Counted from the stretch's first letter, positions 47,843-57,922 are shown. The stretch: 64,000 nucleotides of DNA from Sphingomonas bacterium (GCA_030149245.1 JASBRX010000032.1:5247-69246); one strand, 5' to 3'. A program made the numbers and translations. Notes: a model not told the origin generated them from the sequence alone.

Positions 47843-48310
47843 TCAATAAACGATACGAACCAGCCCGTTGCCCGCGACGAAACCGTCGAGCGTGCGCTGG
47901 GTGGAGGTGGTGACGACGCGGACCGGTTCGCCCGCCCCCGCGCTGGCCAGGGCGCGACCCTGGGTGGTGATGGTGAGTGCGCCGACCTTGTAGGCGATCA
48001 GCACCGGCTCGCCCCGGCGGACCAGCCGCGGGGTGATGACGTCGCTGACCCGCACGATCGATCCGGGCGAGAGCGGGCGCACCGCCTCCAGCCCCTTGGC
48101 GGCGTCCGCCTCGATCGCGCCGCGCCCCATATTGGGCGAGCGCTTTTCGTACGCGAAGTCGTCGGCGGACAGAATCTCGCCGCGCTGGACCGGGCGCGCG
48201 AGCACAGCGACCTCGACCTGCTCGGGCGCGGCGCGGGTCGGGGCAGGCGTCTGGGCCGGTGCAGGGACCGGAACCAGCGCGGCGGCGATGAAGGCGATGC
48301 GGTAAATCAT
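47843..48310 (-). CDS. flgA: Flagellar P-ring chaperone
   Basis: SAF domain, LVRRGEPV, GRALASAGAGEPVRV; synteny. Confidence 0.88.
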   Translation of the reverse strand: MIYRIAFIAAALVPVPAPAQTPAPTRAAPEQVEVAVLARPVQRGEILSADDFAYEKRSPNMGRGAIEADAAKGLEAVRPLSPGSIVRVSDVITPRLVRRGEPVLIAYKVGALTITTQGRALASAGAGEPVRVVTTSTQRTLDGFVAGNGLVRIVY

Positions 48311-49092
48311 CAGCGCAGCTGGCTGGTCGTTGCCAGCATTTCGTCCGCGGTCTTCACGACGCGGCTGTTCATTTCATAGGCACGCTGTGCGGTGATCAGC
48401 GCGGTGATTTCGGCGACCGGGTTGACGTTCGACGCCTCGACAAAGCCCTGTTGCAGCGTGCCGAAGCCCGGCTCACCCGGATTGGCGATCGTCGCCTGCC
48501 CCGATGCGGCGGTTTCGAGATAGAGGTTGCCGCCCTGCGCTTCGAGGCCCGCTTCGTTGATGAAGGTCGCGAGCTGGAGCTGGCCGACATTCTGCGGCTC
48601 GGGCTGGCCGGCGAGGATCACCTGAACCTCACCGGTCTTGGAGACGGTGACGTCCACCGCTTCGGCGGGAATGGTGATGCCCGGCTGGACCGGGAAGCCG
48701 TCGGCATTGACCAGTTCGCCCTGGTCCGACAGCTGGAACGAACCGTCGCGGGTATAGGCGGTCTCGCCCGAGGGCAGCGTTACCGCGAAATAGCCGCGCC
48801 CCTGGATCGCCAGGTCATAGCGATTGTCGGTCTGGCTCATCGCGCCCTGCGTCGCGATGCGATAGACGCCGCCAGTCTTGACGCCCGCGCCGATCTGAAT
48901 GCCGGTCGGCACGCGGCTGTCGGGACCGGACGCGCCGCCCGGCCGGGTCACCTGCTGGTAGAGCAGGTCCTGAAACTCGGCACGCTGGCGCTTGTAGCCG
49001 GTCGTGTTCATGTTCGCGATGTTGTTCGAGATCACATCGACATTGGTCTGCTGCGCGAGCATCCCGGTGCCGGCGATGGAGAGGGTACGCAT
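48310..49092 (-). CDS. flgG: Flagellar distal rod protein
   Basis: ISNNIANMNTTGYKRQRAEFQDLLYQ, EASNVN, AQRAYEMNSR. Confidence 0.96.
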   Translation of the reverse strand: MRTLSIAGTGMLAQQTNVDVISNNIANMNTTGYKRQRAEFQDLLYQQVTRPGGASGPDSRVPTGIQIGAGVKTGGVYRIATQGAMSQTDNRYDLAIQGRGYFAVTLPSGETAYTRDGSFQLSDQGELVNADGFPVQPGITIPAEAVDVTVSKTGEVQVILAGQPEPQNVGQLQLATFINEAGLEAQGGNLYLETAASGQATIANPGEPGFGTLQQGFVEASNVNPVAEITALITAQRAYEMNSRVVKTADEMLATTSQLR

Positions 49093-49116
49093 GGGTCAGT
49101 CTCCGTTAAATGGGGG

Positions 49117-49860
49117 TCAGCCGAAGCGGCCAAGCTTGTCGATCGCGGTCTTGCGCATGTCGCCAAGGGACTCGGACATCTTCATGCTGGTCTGATAGGC
49201 GCGCAGGATCTCGACCATGTTGGTGGTCTCGACGATCGCCTGGACGTTCGATCCTTCGACACCACCGGTCTTGAGCTTGGTGTCGGCCGCAGCCAGTTCG
49301 CGCCCGCCGTTGCCGCTGAAGGTGCCGTCGCCGCGTGGGTCGACCATGCGTTCATCGTCGAACACCGTGACTGCGACGCGCCCGACCTGCGCGTCGCCCG
49401 CGCTGACCGTGCCGTCCTTGCCGATGCTGACCTGTCCGGCCTGTTCCGGCGGAACAGTGATCGGGCGGCCGCCTTCGCCGAGCAGGGGCAGCCCGCCCGC
49501 CGTCTGCAGCGTACCGTCCTCACCGACCTTTAGATATCCCGCGCGCGTATAGGCGGTGCCGCCCTCCGGCGTTTCGACCGCGAGATAGCCCGGGCCATCG
49601 ATCATCACGTCGATCGGATTGCCGGTCGCAATGAAGGCGCCCGCGCTCTGGTCATGTACCGCGCCATAATCGAGCACCATCGACGTCGTCTTGACCGGCG
49701 CATCCGCACCGCCGCCGCTCTGCTCAACATATTCGCGGAACACCGGCGCTTCGCGCTTGAACCCGGCCGTCGAGATATTGGCCATGTTGTTCGCGCTCAC
49801 GTCGAGCCGACGCCGCAGCGCCTGGTTATGACTCAGCAGCACATAGGATGAGATATCCAT
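49117..49860 (-). CDS. flgF: Flagellar proximal rod protein
   Basis: ANNMANISTAGFK, TGNPID, YTRAG, EGSNV; precedes flgG. Confidence 0.9.
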   Translation of the reverse strand: MDISSYVLLSHNQALRRRLDVSANNMANISTAGFKREAPVFREYVEQSGGGADAPVKTTSMVLDYGAVHDQSAGAFIATGNPIDVMIDGPGYLAVETPEGGTAYTRAGYLKVGEDGTLQTAGGLPLLGEGGRPITVPPEQAGQVSIGKDGTVSAGDAQVGRVAVTVFDDERMVDPRGDGTFSGNGGRELAAADTKLKTGGVEGSNVQAIVETTNMVEILRAYQTSMKMSESLGDMRKTAIDKLGRFG

Positions 49861-49904
49861 CGCGACCGCCCTCCGAAAAAAATCGTCCAAGTTTTTTGCG
49901 GCTA

Positions 49905-49917
49905 GGCAAATGTTGCC
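49905..49917. promoter_or_regulatory. ftr-like (FlbD-type) palindrome
   Basis: GGCAA-ATG-TTGCC between the divergent flgF and fliL genes. Confidence 0.55.
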
Positions 49918-49989
49918 GCCCCACTCCCCTATAATAGGAACATTCCGCCGGTCCGGTCGCGGATGGGCAAAGAGATTGGGACGCGAGAC

Positions 49990-50553
49990 ATGAGCGACGA
50001 CATCATCGTCGAGGCCAAGGACGGCGAGGCGGCAGCCAAGCCCAAGGGCAGCAAGAAGAAGCTGATGATCATCATCGGCGCGGCCGTGCTGGTGCTGGGC
50101 GGCGGCGGTGGCGGCGCGGCCTTTTTCCTGATGGGGTCGGACAAGGCGACGGCAAAAACTGCCGAGGGCGAGCATGCCGACGCGGAGACCGAAGCCGAAC
50201 CGGAGGCCGAAGGCGAAGGCGACGGTGAGAAAGGCAAAGACGGCAAGAGCGCTGCCTATCTCGACGTGCCCCCGCTGGTCGTGAACCTGCGCAGCGCCGA
50301 TGGTGCGGCCCGCTTCCTGAAGGTCCACTTCGTGCTGGTGCCCGGCAAGGCGAGCTCGGTCGAGAAGCTGCAGGGCAAGCTGCCGCTGCTGATCGATGCC
50401 TATCAGCCGTTCCTGCGCGAATTACGCCCCGAAGACCTCAACGGGTCGGGCGCGGTCTATCGCGTCAAGGAAGAGCTGCTGGTCCGCGCCACCCAGACGC
50501 TGGGGCCGGATGCGGTCAAGGACGTCCTCATCCAAGATCTGGTGCAGCAATGA
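49990..50553 (+). CDS. fliL: Flagellar basal-body protein FliL
   Basis: KKKL plus TM, LVVNL, FLRELRPEDLNGSGAVYRVKEELL. Confidence 0.92.
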   Translation: MSDDIIVEAKDGEAAAKPKGSKKKLMIIIGAAVLVLGGGGGGAAFFLMGSDKATAKTAEGEHADAETEAEPEAEGEGDGEKGKDGKSAAYLDVPPLVVNLRSADGAARFLKVHFVLVPGKASSVEKLQGKLPLLIDAYQPFLRELRPEDLNGSGAVYRVKEELLVRATQTLGPDAVKDVLIQDLVQQ

Positions 50554-51569
50554 GCGACGATTTCGACGATTTCGAACTGCCCGAGCCGCCCAAGTTCGAT
50601 TCCGACGCGGAAGCTCTGCTCGATCAGGCGGGGATTGACGCGCTGTTCGGACAGGTCGGCGGGTTCGGCCAGCCCAAGGAAGGGCTGCGCGCGGTCATCG
50701 AATCCAACGTCATCAGCCGCGAGCGGCTGCCGATGCTGGAAGTCGTGTTCGACCGCATGGTCCGCATCTTTGCGACCTCGATGCGCAACCTCACCTCCGA
50801 CGCGATCGACGTCAGCCTTGAGGAAGTGACCTCAATCCGCTTTGGCGACTATCTCAACCACATCATGTTGCCCGCGATGATCGGGGTATTCCGTGTCGAG
50901 GAGTGGGAGAATTACGGCCTGGTCTCGGTCGATTCCAGCCTGATCTATGCCGTGGTTGACGCGCTGCTCGGCGGGCGGCGCGGCGGCGGCGATCAGGTGA
51001 TGATCGACGGGCGCGGGTTCACCACGATCGAAACCGACCTCGTCTCGCGCATGCTGGGCCATGTGCTGAGCGATCTGTCGACGTCGATGGCACCGATCAC
51101 CCCGACCACGATCGAGCTGGAGCGGGTCGAGAGCAGCCCGCGTTTCGTTGCGATCGCCGGCACCACCAATGTGTGCGCGGTCGCAACCTTCCGCGTCAGC
51201 ATGGACGAGCGCGGTGGCAATTTCAGCATCCTGCTGCCCTATGCGACGATCGAGCCGGTGCGCCATCTGCTCAACCAGCGCTTCATGGGCGAGAAGCTCG
51301 GGCGCGACACGATCTGGGAAGTGCATATGGCGTCCGAGGTGCGCAAGGTCGATGTGACGCTGGACGTCGTGCTGGGCGAGCGCGACATGCCGCTCGGCAC
51401 CGTGCGCGACTTCAAGGTCGGCCAGACGATCCCGCTGTTCGCCGACCCCGACCAACCGCTCGACATGCAATGCGGCGGCGTGACTATCGGCCGGGCCCAG
51501 ATCGGCCAGCGGTCGAACAAGATCGCGGTGCGGCTGGTATCCGACATCGCCAAGGAGATGCGCGCATGA
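50550..51569 (+). CDS. fliM: Flagellar motor switch protein FliM
   Basis: LLDQAGIDALF, ERLPMLEVVFDR, FTTIE, C-terminal SpoA domain. Confidence 0.95.
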   Translation: MSDDFDDFELPEPPKFDSDAEALLDQAGIDALFGQVGGFGQPKEGLRAVIESNVISRERLPMLEVVFDRMVRIFATSMRNLTSDAIDVSLEEVTSIRFGDYLNHIMLPAMIGVFRVEEWENYGLVSVDSSLIYAVVDALLGGRRGGGDQVMIDGRGFTTIETDLVSRMLGHVLSDLSTSMAPITPTTIELERVESSPRFVAIAGTTNVCAVATFRVSMDERGGNFSILLPYATIEPVRHLLNQRFMGEKLGRDTIWEVHMASEVRKVDVTLDVVLGERDMPLGTVRDFKVGQTIPLFADPDQPLDMQCGGVTIGRAQIGQRSNKIAVRLVSDIAKEMRA

Positions 51570-51904
51570 CCTATTCGCTGATCGCGAACGTGCTCACCAT
51601 GTTGTTCTGTACCGTGGTGATCGTTCAGAGCATGCGCATGATGCGCGCGCTCAACGCCCTGAAGCGCAACGATCTGGCGCAGGTCGTATCGACGCTCGAC
51701 CAGGCGACGGTCCAGGCGCGGCTGGTGCTGTCCGAACTCAAGGGGACGCTCACCCAATATGCGCGCGGCACCCATGACGCCGCCCGCGCCAAGGCAGTTG
51801 CCGACGAGTTACGGATGATGATCGAAATTGCAGATTCGACCGCCGAACGACTGGTCGAATCCGCCGCGGCCGCACGCCGCGCCGAGCCGGTGGACCGCTA
51901 CTGA
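51566..51904 (+). CDS. TM plus coiled-coil protein (DUF6468-like; position of Caulobacter pflI)
   Basis: MTYSLIANVLTMLFCTVVIV...; ATGA overlap with fliM. Confidence 0.7.
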   Translation: MTYSLIANVLTMLFCTVVIVQSMRMMRALNALKRNDLAQVVSTLDQATVQARLVLSELKGTLTQYARGTHDAARAKAVADELRMMIEIADSTAERLVESAAAARRAEPVDRY

Positions 51905-52488
51905 TGCGCATCCCCTTTTTGCTGATCACCGCCGCCGTGGCGACCGTGGGCGCGGTGGCGAATGGCGTCGATGCGGCCGTGGCCGTCGGCGAATCCGTGG
52001 TGCCCAAGACGCGGCTTGGCAGCCAGATCGAGGGCGAACTCAGCGCTGCCCAGCGCAAGGAGGCCGAACGCCGCCGCGCGCTCGACCTGCGCGAACAGGC
52101 GCTCAAGGCGGCGCGGCTGCGCATGGAGCGCCAGCAGAAGGATGCCGAAGCCAAGGCCGCAGCCGAGGGCAAGCCTGACGCCCAGACAGGGGACGCAGGC
52201 GCGACGGGCACGGCACCCGCCGCGGAGGAAAAGCGTTACAGCGACCTGGCCCGCATCTTCCAATCGATGAAACCTGCAAAGGCGGCCCCGGTGTTCGAGA
52301 AGCTGAGCCCCGATGTGCAATTCCAGGTGGCGCAGCGGATGCGCGACCGCAACGCCGCGCTGATGATGCAGGCGATGTCGCCCGATGCCGCCGCGACCCT
52401 TGGCATGGCACTGGCCCGCGGTGGCATGACGCAGCCCAAATCTGCGGCTGCCACAGCGGCAAAGGGTGGCCGCCCGGTCTCAAGATGA
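51904..52488 (+). CDS. MotE-like flagellar protein
   Basis: LDLREQAL coiled coil; LARIFQSMKPAKAAPVFEKL...MQAMSPDAA. Confidence 0.8.
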   Translation: MRIPFLLITAAVATVGAVANGVDAAVAVGESVVPKTRLGSQIEGELSAAQRKEAERRRALDLREQALKAARLRMERQQKDAEAKAAAEGKPDAQTGDAGATGTAPAAEEKRYSDLARIFQSMKPAKAAPVFEKLSPDVQFQVAQRMRDRNAALMMQAMSPDAAATLGMALARGGMTQPKSAAATAAKGGRPVSR

Positions 52489-52581
52489 GTCCGCAAGGCA
52501 TTACTGTAATACTACAATACTGACAGGAGCACTCAGCTAAGATCATCTTGCAATAAGCGGGGTTCTTTGGCGGAGACTGCA

Positions 52582-53232
52582 GTGACGATCCCCGACACGG
52601 ACGAGGGGCCTTTGTCGAGCGAAGATGCGCTGCGTCGAGCAGCGCTTTTTGCATCCGGCTTGCTCGCCTTGCGCGAATCGCCCCGCTTCAACGACCTGGT
52701 TCAGGATCTGAGCCGCACCATGGACGTGCCGATCGCGGGCGTCAGCGTGGTCGATAGCGGATTTTGCTGGCTGCCGGTGCTGCACGGAGTCGATCTCGAC
52801 TCGATCCCCCTGTCCGAATCGCTGTGCGCCGGGGTGGTCGAAACCCAGATCCCGATGACCGAGACCGATCTTCCGGCAAACCCGAAATTTGCCGACAACC
52901 GCTTCGTCGCGGGACCGCTCGCGCTGCGTGCCTATGCCGCCGTGCCGATGTGCGGCGTGCAGGGGGCAAAACTGGGTAGCGTGTTCATCGCGGACCAGCG
53001 TGTTCGACCCGATTTCGCCAATCGCGCCATTCCGCAGCTGGAGCGCACGACCGTGCGCATTTTGGAAGAGGCATCCTCGCCGCATCATATGCGCCGCGTC
53101 GGTCGCACCACGGTCGAGGGGCTGGAATCGCTGATCCGACAGGCGACCCGCGATGGCGATGACGCGCTGGTCACCGCAATCGATCGCGTGATGCGCGACG
53201 TGCTGCCGCTGACCGGGATGCGCGGAAATTAG
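52582..53232 (+). CDS. Stand-alone GAF domain protein
   Basis: RFNDLV...PIAGVSVVD...SLC...FADNRFVAG...RAYAAVP...GSVFIAD. Confidence 0.8.
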   Translation: MTIPDTDEGPLSSEDALRRAALFASGLLALRESPRFNDLVQDLSRTMDVPIAGVSVVDSGFCWLPVLHGVDLDSIPLSESLCAGVVETQIPMTETDLPANPKFADNRFVAGPLALRAYAAVPMCGVQGAKLGSVFIADQRVRPDFANRAIPQLERTTVRILEEASSPHHMRRVGRTTVEGLESLIRQATRDGDDALVTAIDRVMRDVLPLTGMRGN

Positions 53233-53233
53233 G

Positions 53234-53644
53234 TCAGGGCGCGCCGCGCGCGGGACTGGTGCGCACTTCGAGGATCAGCACGTGACCCGCCTGGGGATCG
53301 GCGGCGTGCGCGGCGGCATCCAGCATATGGGCCAGCGCCTCGGCGTCGACCGCAACGCGTGGTGACGCGTTCAGCTGGGCAAAATCGAGCAGCGCCGACA
53401 GCATCGCCGCGCGCAACGCCGGTTGCGCCGTGCCAAGCACCCCCGCATCGACCCCCTCGGCCGGGGTGATGGCCAGCTCAAGCTCGAGGTCGCCGTCGAG
53501 CCGTCCGGCATCGATGATCGGCACGCGAAACTTGCCCAGCGGAACGACGGCGGCATCCCCCCCGCCCCCACCCGCGGCGCCGGCCGGCGCGGCCACGGCA
53601 AGCAATGCGGCGGCAGCAGTCAAGCGGGCAGCGATTCTGCGCAT
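53234..53644 (-). CDS. Small exported FliL-like protein
   Basis: Signal peptide, VPII...LELELAI...PALRAAML...VLILEV pattern. Confidence 0.6.
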   Translation of the reverse strand: MRRIAARLTAAAALLAVAAPAGAAGGGGGDAAVVPLGKFRVPIIDAGRLDGDLELELAITPAEGVDAGVLGTAQPALRAAMLSALLDFAQLNASPRVAVDAEALAHMLDAAAHAADPQAGHVLILEVRTSPARGAP

Positions 53645-53671
53645 GCGGTCTCCAATCAAAGGCGTGCAGCG

Positions 53672-53701
53672 GGACCGCACGCGACCCCGTCTCTCTATAA
53701 T
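53672..53701 (+). promoter_or_regulatory. GGACCG-N17-CTAT promoter-like motif, copy 1
   Basis: GGACCG(53672)-17 nt-CTATAAT(53695). Confidence 0.6.
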
Positions 53702-53744
53702 AGGTTGAAAACCGCGTGTTGGGACTTGCCCCGTTGGGATTTGA

Positions 53745-53966
53745 ATGAGCCACGATCAAAAGCCCCCACGCGTTCGCGTCATCGGTGGCGGTGCCGCCGA
53801 CCGCCGCCTGCGCGGCGGCTTTGCCACCGGCCCCGCCCCGCGCCGCGCCGCCAAGCCCCGCCCGGTCGCCAAGCCGGGCTTGGGCCGCGCCCTGATCGCA
53901 TTCCTGTTTCTGTCCGCAGCGTTGATCGGCGGCGTGGCTCAGGCATGGTTGCTGCTGCGCGCATGA
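53745..53966 (+). CDS. Small basic protein with C-terminal TM
   Basis: 73 aa; ATGA overlap with the next gene. Confidence 0.6.
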   Translation: MSHDQKPPRVRVIGGGAADRRLRGGFATGPAPRRAAKPRPVAKPGLGRALIAFLFLSAALIGGVAQAWLLLRA

Positions 53967-55741
53967 CCCGGCCCGGATCGATCCTCGCTCTGGTGCTGCT
54001 CGCCGGGAGCGCCAGCGCCGCGCTGGCGGCGGGCGACGCCAAGCACGCCGCCCCAGCGCATGGCACGCCCCCGCCGGCTGCAGCCAAAGCCGCGCCCGGC
54101 GGCGGCGTCGCCAAGCCGCAGCCCTTTGCCGCACAGCTTGCCGAATTGCCGCGATCCGCGCCCGGCGCGCGCGCCGCGATCGACATCCCGCTCGCCTGGT
54201 CGATGATCGCGCGCAGCACGGCGGAAACGCGCCAGGCCGCGCGCTGGAAGCTGGCGACCGCGCTGATCGACGCGCGGCGCGGTGCCGACGCGCTCGGCGT
54301 GCTCGAAACGATGCTGCGCGATGACAGCGCACTCGAACTGGTACCCGCGTGGCGGCTGGCGATGGGTAAGGCGAATGCCATGGCCGGTCGCGACAGCGCC
54401 GCCCTGACCTGGTTCAATGCGCCTGAATTGCTCGCCGATCCCGAGGCCTGTGCGTGGCGCATCCGCGCCGGCGCAGTGATCGACGGCCCCGCCGGCAGCG
54501 CGCTGCTCAAATGCGCGGTGCCCGCGATCCTGGCGCACCATGGGGCGGACCGCATCGCCTTTCTGCTCGATGCCGCGGTGGGCCTCAGCCGATCGGGACA
54601 TCATGACCGCGCCTTGCGCTTTCTGGCCGCGATCCCCGACCAGCATGTCGCCGCGAATCTGCAGCGCGGGATCGCGTTACTGGCCACCGGTCAGCCCGAA
54701 GCGGGCAAGCTGCGGCTGGAGCGCGTGCTGCTGTCCGGCGCCCCCGCCGAGCGCGCCGCCGCCGAACTGGCGCTGATCCGCGATGCGCTGGCGCGCGGGA
54801 CGGTCAAGCCGGGCGAGGCGGTCAAGCGGCTCGACGCCCTCACCTTTCGCTGGCGCGGGGGCGAGGTCGAACGCGCCGCGCTCGAACTCAAATGGCAGAT
54901 TGCCGAGCGTGCGCATGATCCGGTGACGGCGCTTGTCGCATCTGCGACCCTGTTCCGCCATTTCGACCTTGGCGCGCAGACCGGACCCACGCTGACGCGG
55001 ATCCAGGCCGATCTCCAGACGCTGGTCAACGATCCCAAACGCCCGATCGCACAGGCGGCAGGGCTGTTCTGGGAGTATCGCGACCTGTCGCCGACCGGCG
55101 CGCCGGGCGACCTGCTGGTCAGCACGCTCGCCGACCAACTGTCCGCCGCCGGACTGCATGTCCGCGCCGCCGAATTGCTGCAGCATCAGATGCAGAACCG
55201 CGCGATCGACATTGCCAAGGGGCCGCTGTCGATCCGCATCGCGCGCCTACTGCTGCTCGCCGACAAGCCCGATCAGGTGCTGACGACCCTGCGTCGCAGC
55301 GACGGCCCGGACTATCCCGCGCCGATCGCGGCGGATCGTCAGCGCATGCAGGCGATCGCCACCTGGCGCATGGGCCGGCGCGGCGACGCGCTGGCGATGC
55401 TCGATCAGGTGGAGGCGGCGGACGATCTGCGCGCCGAAATGCTGTGGCAGGCACGCGACTGGGCGCGCTTTGCGCAGGCCAATCGCGCCGTGCTCGCCCC
55501 CGCCCGCACGGCGGCGGTGCTGCGTCAGGCGGTCGCGCTGGTGATGCTGGGCGACGAGCCCGGCCTTGCCGCGCTGCGCAAACGCTACCTCCCCGCCCTG
55601 CGCGGGACCAAGGCGGGCGAGGCGCTGGGCGCGCTCGCCTCGCCCAACGGCGCGGTGAACCCGGTCGCGCTCGACGCGGCCATGGCGGGCGTGTCCGAGA
55701 CCGCCGCCGACGGCGACCTGCTGCTGCTCGCGCGCGGCTAA
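53963..55741 (+). CDS. Exported TPR-like flagellum-associated protein
   Basis: Signal peptide, helical repeats, LDALTFRWRGGEVE, AAELLQHQM. Confidence 0.75.
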   Translation: MTRPGSILALVLLAGSASAALAAGDAKHAAPAHGTPPPAAAKAAPGGGVAKPQPFAAQLAELPRSAPGARAAIDIPLAWSMIARSTAETRQAARWKLATALIDARRGADALGVLETMLRDDSALELVPAWRLAMGKANAMAGRDSAALTWFNAPELLADPEACAWRIRAGAVIDGPAGSALLKCAVPAILAHHGADRIAFLLDAAVGLSRSGHHDRALRFLAAIPDQHVAANLQRGIALLATGQPEAGKLRLERVLLSGAPAERAAAELALIRDALARGTVKPGEAVKRLDALTFRWRGGEVERAALELKWQIAERAHDPVTALVASATLFRHFDLGAQTGPTLTRIQADLQTLVNDPKRPIAQAAGLFWEYRDLSPTGAPGDLLVSTLADQLSAAGLHVRAAELLQHQMQNRAIDIAKGPLSIRIARLLLLADKPDQVLTTLRRSDGPDYPAPIAADRQRMQAIATWRMGRRGDALAMLDQVEAADDLRAEMLWQARDWARFAQANRAVLAPARTAAVLRQAVALVMLGDEPGLAALRKRYLPALRGTKAGEALGALASPNGAVNPVALDAAMAGVSETAADGDLLLLARG

Positions 55742-55829
55742 TTCAACGGACCTGCTGCATTAGCGCTGTTCCCTGAATGGGAGCGGGCGTGCGCCTGCGC
55801 GCGTCCGAACGTCCTCATCTTCGACGGAC

Positions 55830-55864
55830 AAAGAAAAGCGGCGGTGCCGGGGAGGCACCGCCGC
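55830..55864 (-). terminator. Intrinsic terminator after the MCP gene
   Basis: 11-bp GC stem GCGGCGGTGCC/GGCACCGCCGC followed by TTTTCTTT on the minus strand. Confidence 0.88.
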
Positions 55865-55907
55865 GAAGGTCAAACCGTCCGGGGGGAATGTCCGGCCGGC
55901 TCGGGGA

Positions 55908-57854
55908 TCAGAATTCGTCCCAGGCGTCGTTCTTGCGCACCAGCGACGAGATCGCGGCAGCTGGCAGCGGCTTGATCGGCGACTGATAGACATGCTCGCT
56001 CGACTGGCGCTCGGACTTTGCCGCGACCTTGGGCGCGGGCGCGGCGGCGCGCGGCTTGGCCGGAGACTTGGTGACCGGGCGCGGCGCGCGGACCGGCGCC
56101 GATGCGGGCGTTGCCGCGCTTGCCGACGTGCGGAAGCTGTCGGCGCGTTCGCCGAGCAGGCGGACTTCGGAGTTGAGGCTGCGCGCCGCTGCCGAGGTTT
56201 CCTCGACCATCGCTGCATTCTGCTGCGTCGATTCGTCCATCGTGCCGATCGCCGATGCGATCTGCTGCACCGCTGCTGCCTGTGCCTGGTTGTCCTGCGC
56301 GAGGCCGTTCAGCATTTCATGCACCGCCGACACATCGGACGAGATGCCGACCAGCGCGCCATCGACGCGTTCGACCGCGCCGACCGCGATTTCGACGTCG
56401 TTCTGGGTCGCGGTGAGCTGTTCACGCGCGCGCTTGGCCTCTTCTTCCGAGCGCATCGCGAGCTGACCGACCAGATCGGCGACGACCGCAAAGCCACGGC
56501 CCGCTTCGCCGGCACGACCGGCTTCGACCGCTGCGTTCATCGCGAGGACGCGGGTCTGGAAGGCGATCTTGTCGAGGCCCTCGATGACGCTATCGATGCC
56601 CTTGGCGCTGTCGGCGACGCGACCCATGGCCGAGACCGCTTCCTCCGCCGTACCGCGACCGGTGCCGACCGTGACCATCGCCTGATCGGCGCGACCGACC
56701 GTGCGGGTCGCCGCTTCGGCGCTGTTGCGCAGGCGATCGTTGATCTGAGCGACGGCGGCCGAGGTTTCCTCAAGCGACGCAGCGGCGCTTTCGGTGCGAC
56801 GGGCAAGGTCTTCCGACGCCGCCTCGATCTCGGTCGAGCCCGAGCTGATCGCGCGGACGCTTTCCGTGACCGACTGGATCAGGTCGCTGAGCGACTTGAG
56901 CGCGCCGTTGAAATTGTCCTTGAGCACCGCATAGGAACCATTGAACTCGGCGTCGATCGGCCGGGTCAGGTCGCCCTGCGCCAGTGAGTCGAGATGGCTG
57001 GACAGGGTGTCGATCACCATCTTCTGCTCGGCATCGGCCGCTGCCTTGGCAGCAGTCAGGCGCTCCTGTTCCTGGGCATTGTCGCGGAAGACGAGCACCG
57101 CCTTGGCCATCGCGCCGACTTCGTCACCGCGATCGGTGCCGTTGACGTCGATGCGGTTATTGCCGTCGGCCAGCGTGCGCATCGCGCCCTCAAGCCCCAT
57201 CAGCGGTGCGATGATCGTGCGGCGGGCGACGAAGATGCCGAAGCCGACTGCAAGGACGACGCCGAGCAGGCCCGTGACGAGAATCGAGCTAACTGCGCTG
57301 GCCGCCATTTCGGACAGCTCGGCATTCTTCTTGCTCGCCGCGTCGGAGCGTTCAGTGGTGAAGCGCCGGAGCTCGGCACGGATTGCCTTGGCCTTCGGAT
57401 CCGCCGCGGCCAGCGCCTTGCCCGCTTCTTCGTTGCGATCGGCCTGGCCCAGTTCGATCGCGCCGCGGGTAAGCTTATGCAGCTCGTCGAGATCGGCCAA
57501 GATGGGATCAATCGACTTGGCGGTATCGGGTTCCGACTTCACAATCGCCGCAAGGCGCGCCTTCGCGGTCTTGTAGGATTCGAGTTCTGACGCGATCGCC
57601 TCGCGGTTTCGCGCGCTGCCGCCGGGATAGTACATCACCTGATAGCCGGAAAGGCTCATGTCGATCACGCCCTGATAGGACCGGGCGAGCTCGGTATTGT
57701 TGGGGAGAGCGGTTTCGGCGAGCGCGCCGTACTCCTTGTCGATATGCTTGAGCGTGCTGACGCTGTTCAGGACAAGGCCAAGAGTCACGGCGCCGAGCAT
57801 CAGCATCAGCGCCGCAATCTTGTAGGCGATTTTAAGGTTCGTGAAGGCCTTCAT
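55908..57854 (-). CDS. Methyl-accepting chemotaxis protein
   Basis: Two TMs, two HAMP domains, IAFQTRVLAMNAAVEAGRAGEAGRGFAVVA, C-terminal pentapeptide AWDEF. Confidence 0.95.
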   Translation of the reverse strand: MKAFTNLKIAYKIAALMLMLGAVTLGLVLNSVSTLKHIDKEYGALAETALPNNTELARSYQGVIDMSLSGYQVMYYPGGSARNREAIASELESYKTAKARLAAIVKSEPDTAKSIDPILADLDELHKLTRGAIELGQADRNEEAGKALAAADPKAKAIRAELRRFTTERSDAASKKNAELSEMAASAVSSILVTGLLGVVLAVGFGIFVARRTIIAPLMGLEGAMRTLADGNNRIDVNGTDRGDEVGAMAKAVLVFRDNAQEQERLTAAKAAADAEQKMVIDTLSSHLDSLAQGDLTRPIDAEFNGSYAVLKDNFNGALKSLSDLIQSVTESVRAISSGSTEIEAASEDLARRTESAAASLEETSAAVAQINDRLRNSAEAATRTVGRADQAMVTVGTGRGTAEEAVSAMGRVADSAKGIDSVIEGLDKIAFQTRVLAMNAAVEAGRAGEAGRGFAVVADLVGQLAMRSEEEAKRAREQLTATQNDVEIAVGAVERVDGALVGISSDVSAVHEMLNGLAQDNQAQAAAVQQIASAIGTMDESTQQNAAMVEETSAAARSLNSEVRLLGERADSFRTSASAATPASAPVRAPRPVTKSPAKPRAAAPAPKVAAKSERQSSEHVYQSPIKPLPAAAISSLVRKNDAWDEF

Positions 57855-57922
57855 GTCGGTCCCCATTCGGTTCGGATGTGTAATTATAGATGCTGCGTCG
57901 GCAGCGTGGGCGCGCCGCGCCG

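Noticed and set aside
55825-55900. c-di-GMP (GEMM) riboswitch suggested by GGTCAAACC near motility genes
   Set aside because: It lies between convergent 3' ends, lacks the GEMM P2/P3 architecture, and is explained by the terminator and a 3' UTR hairpin
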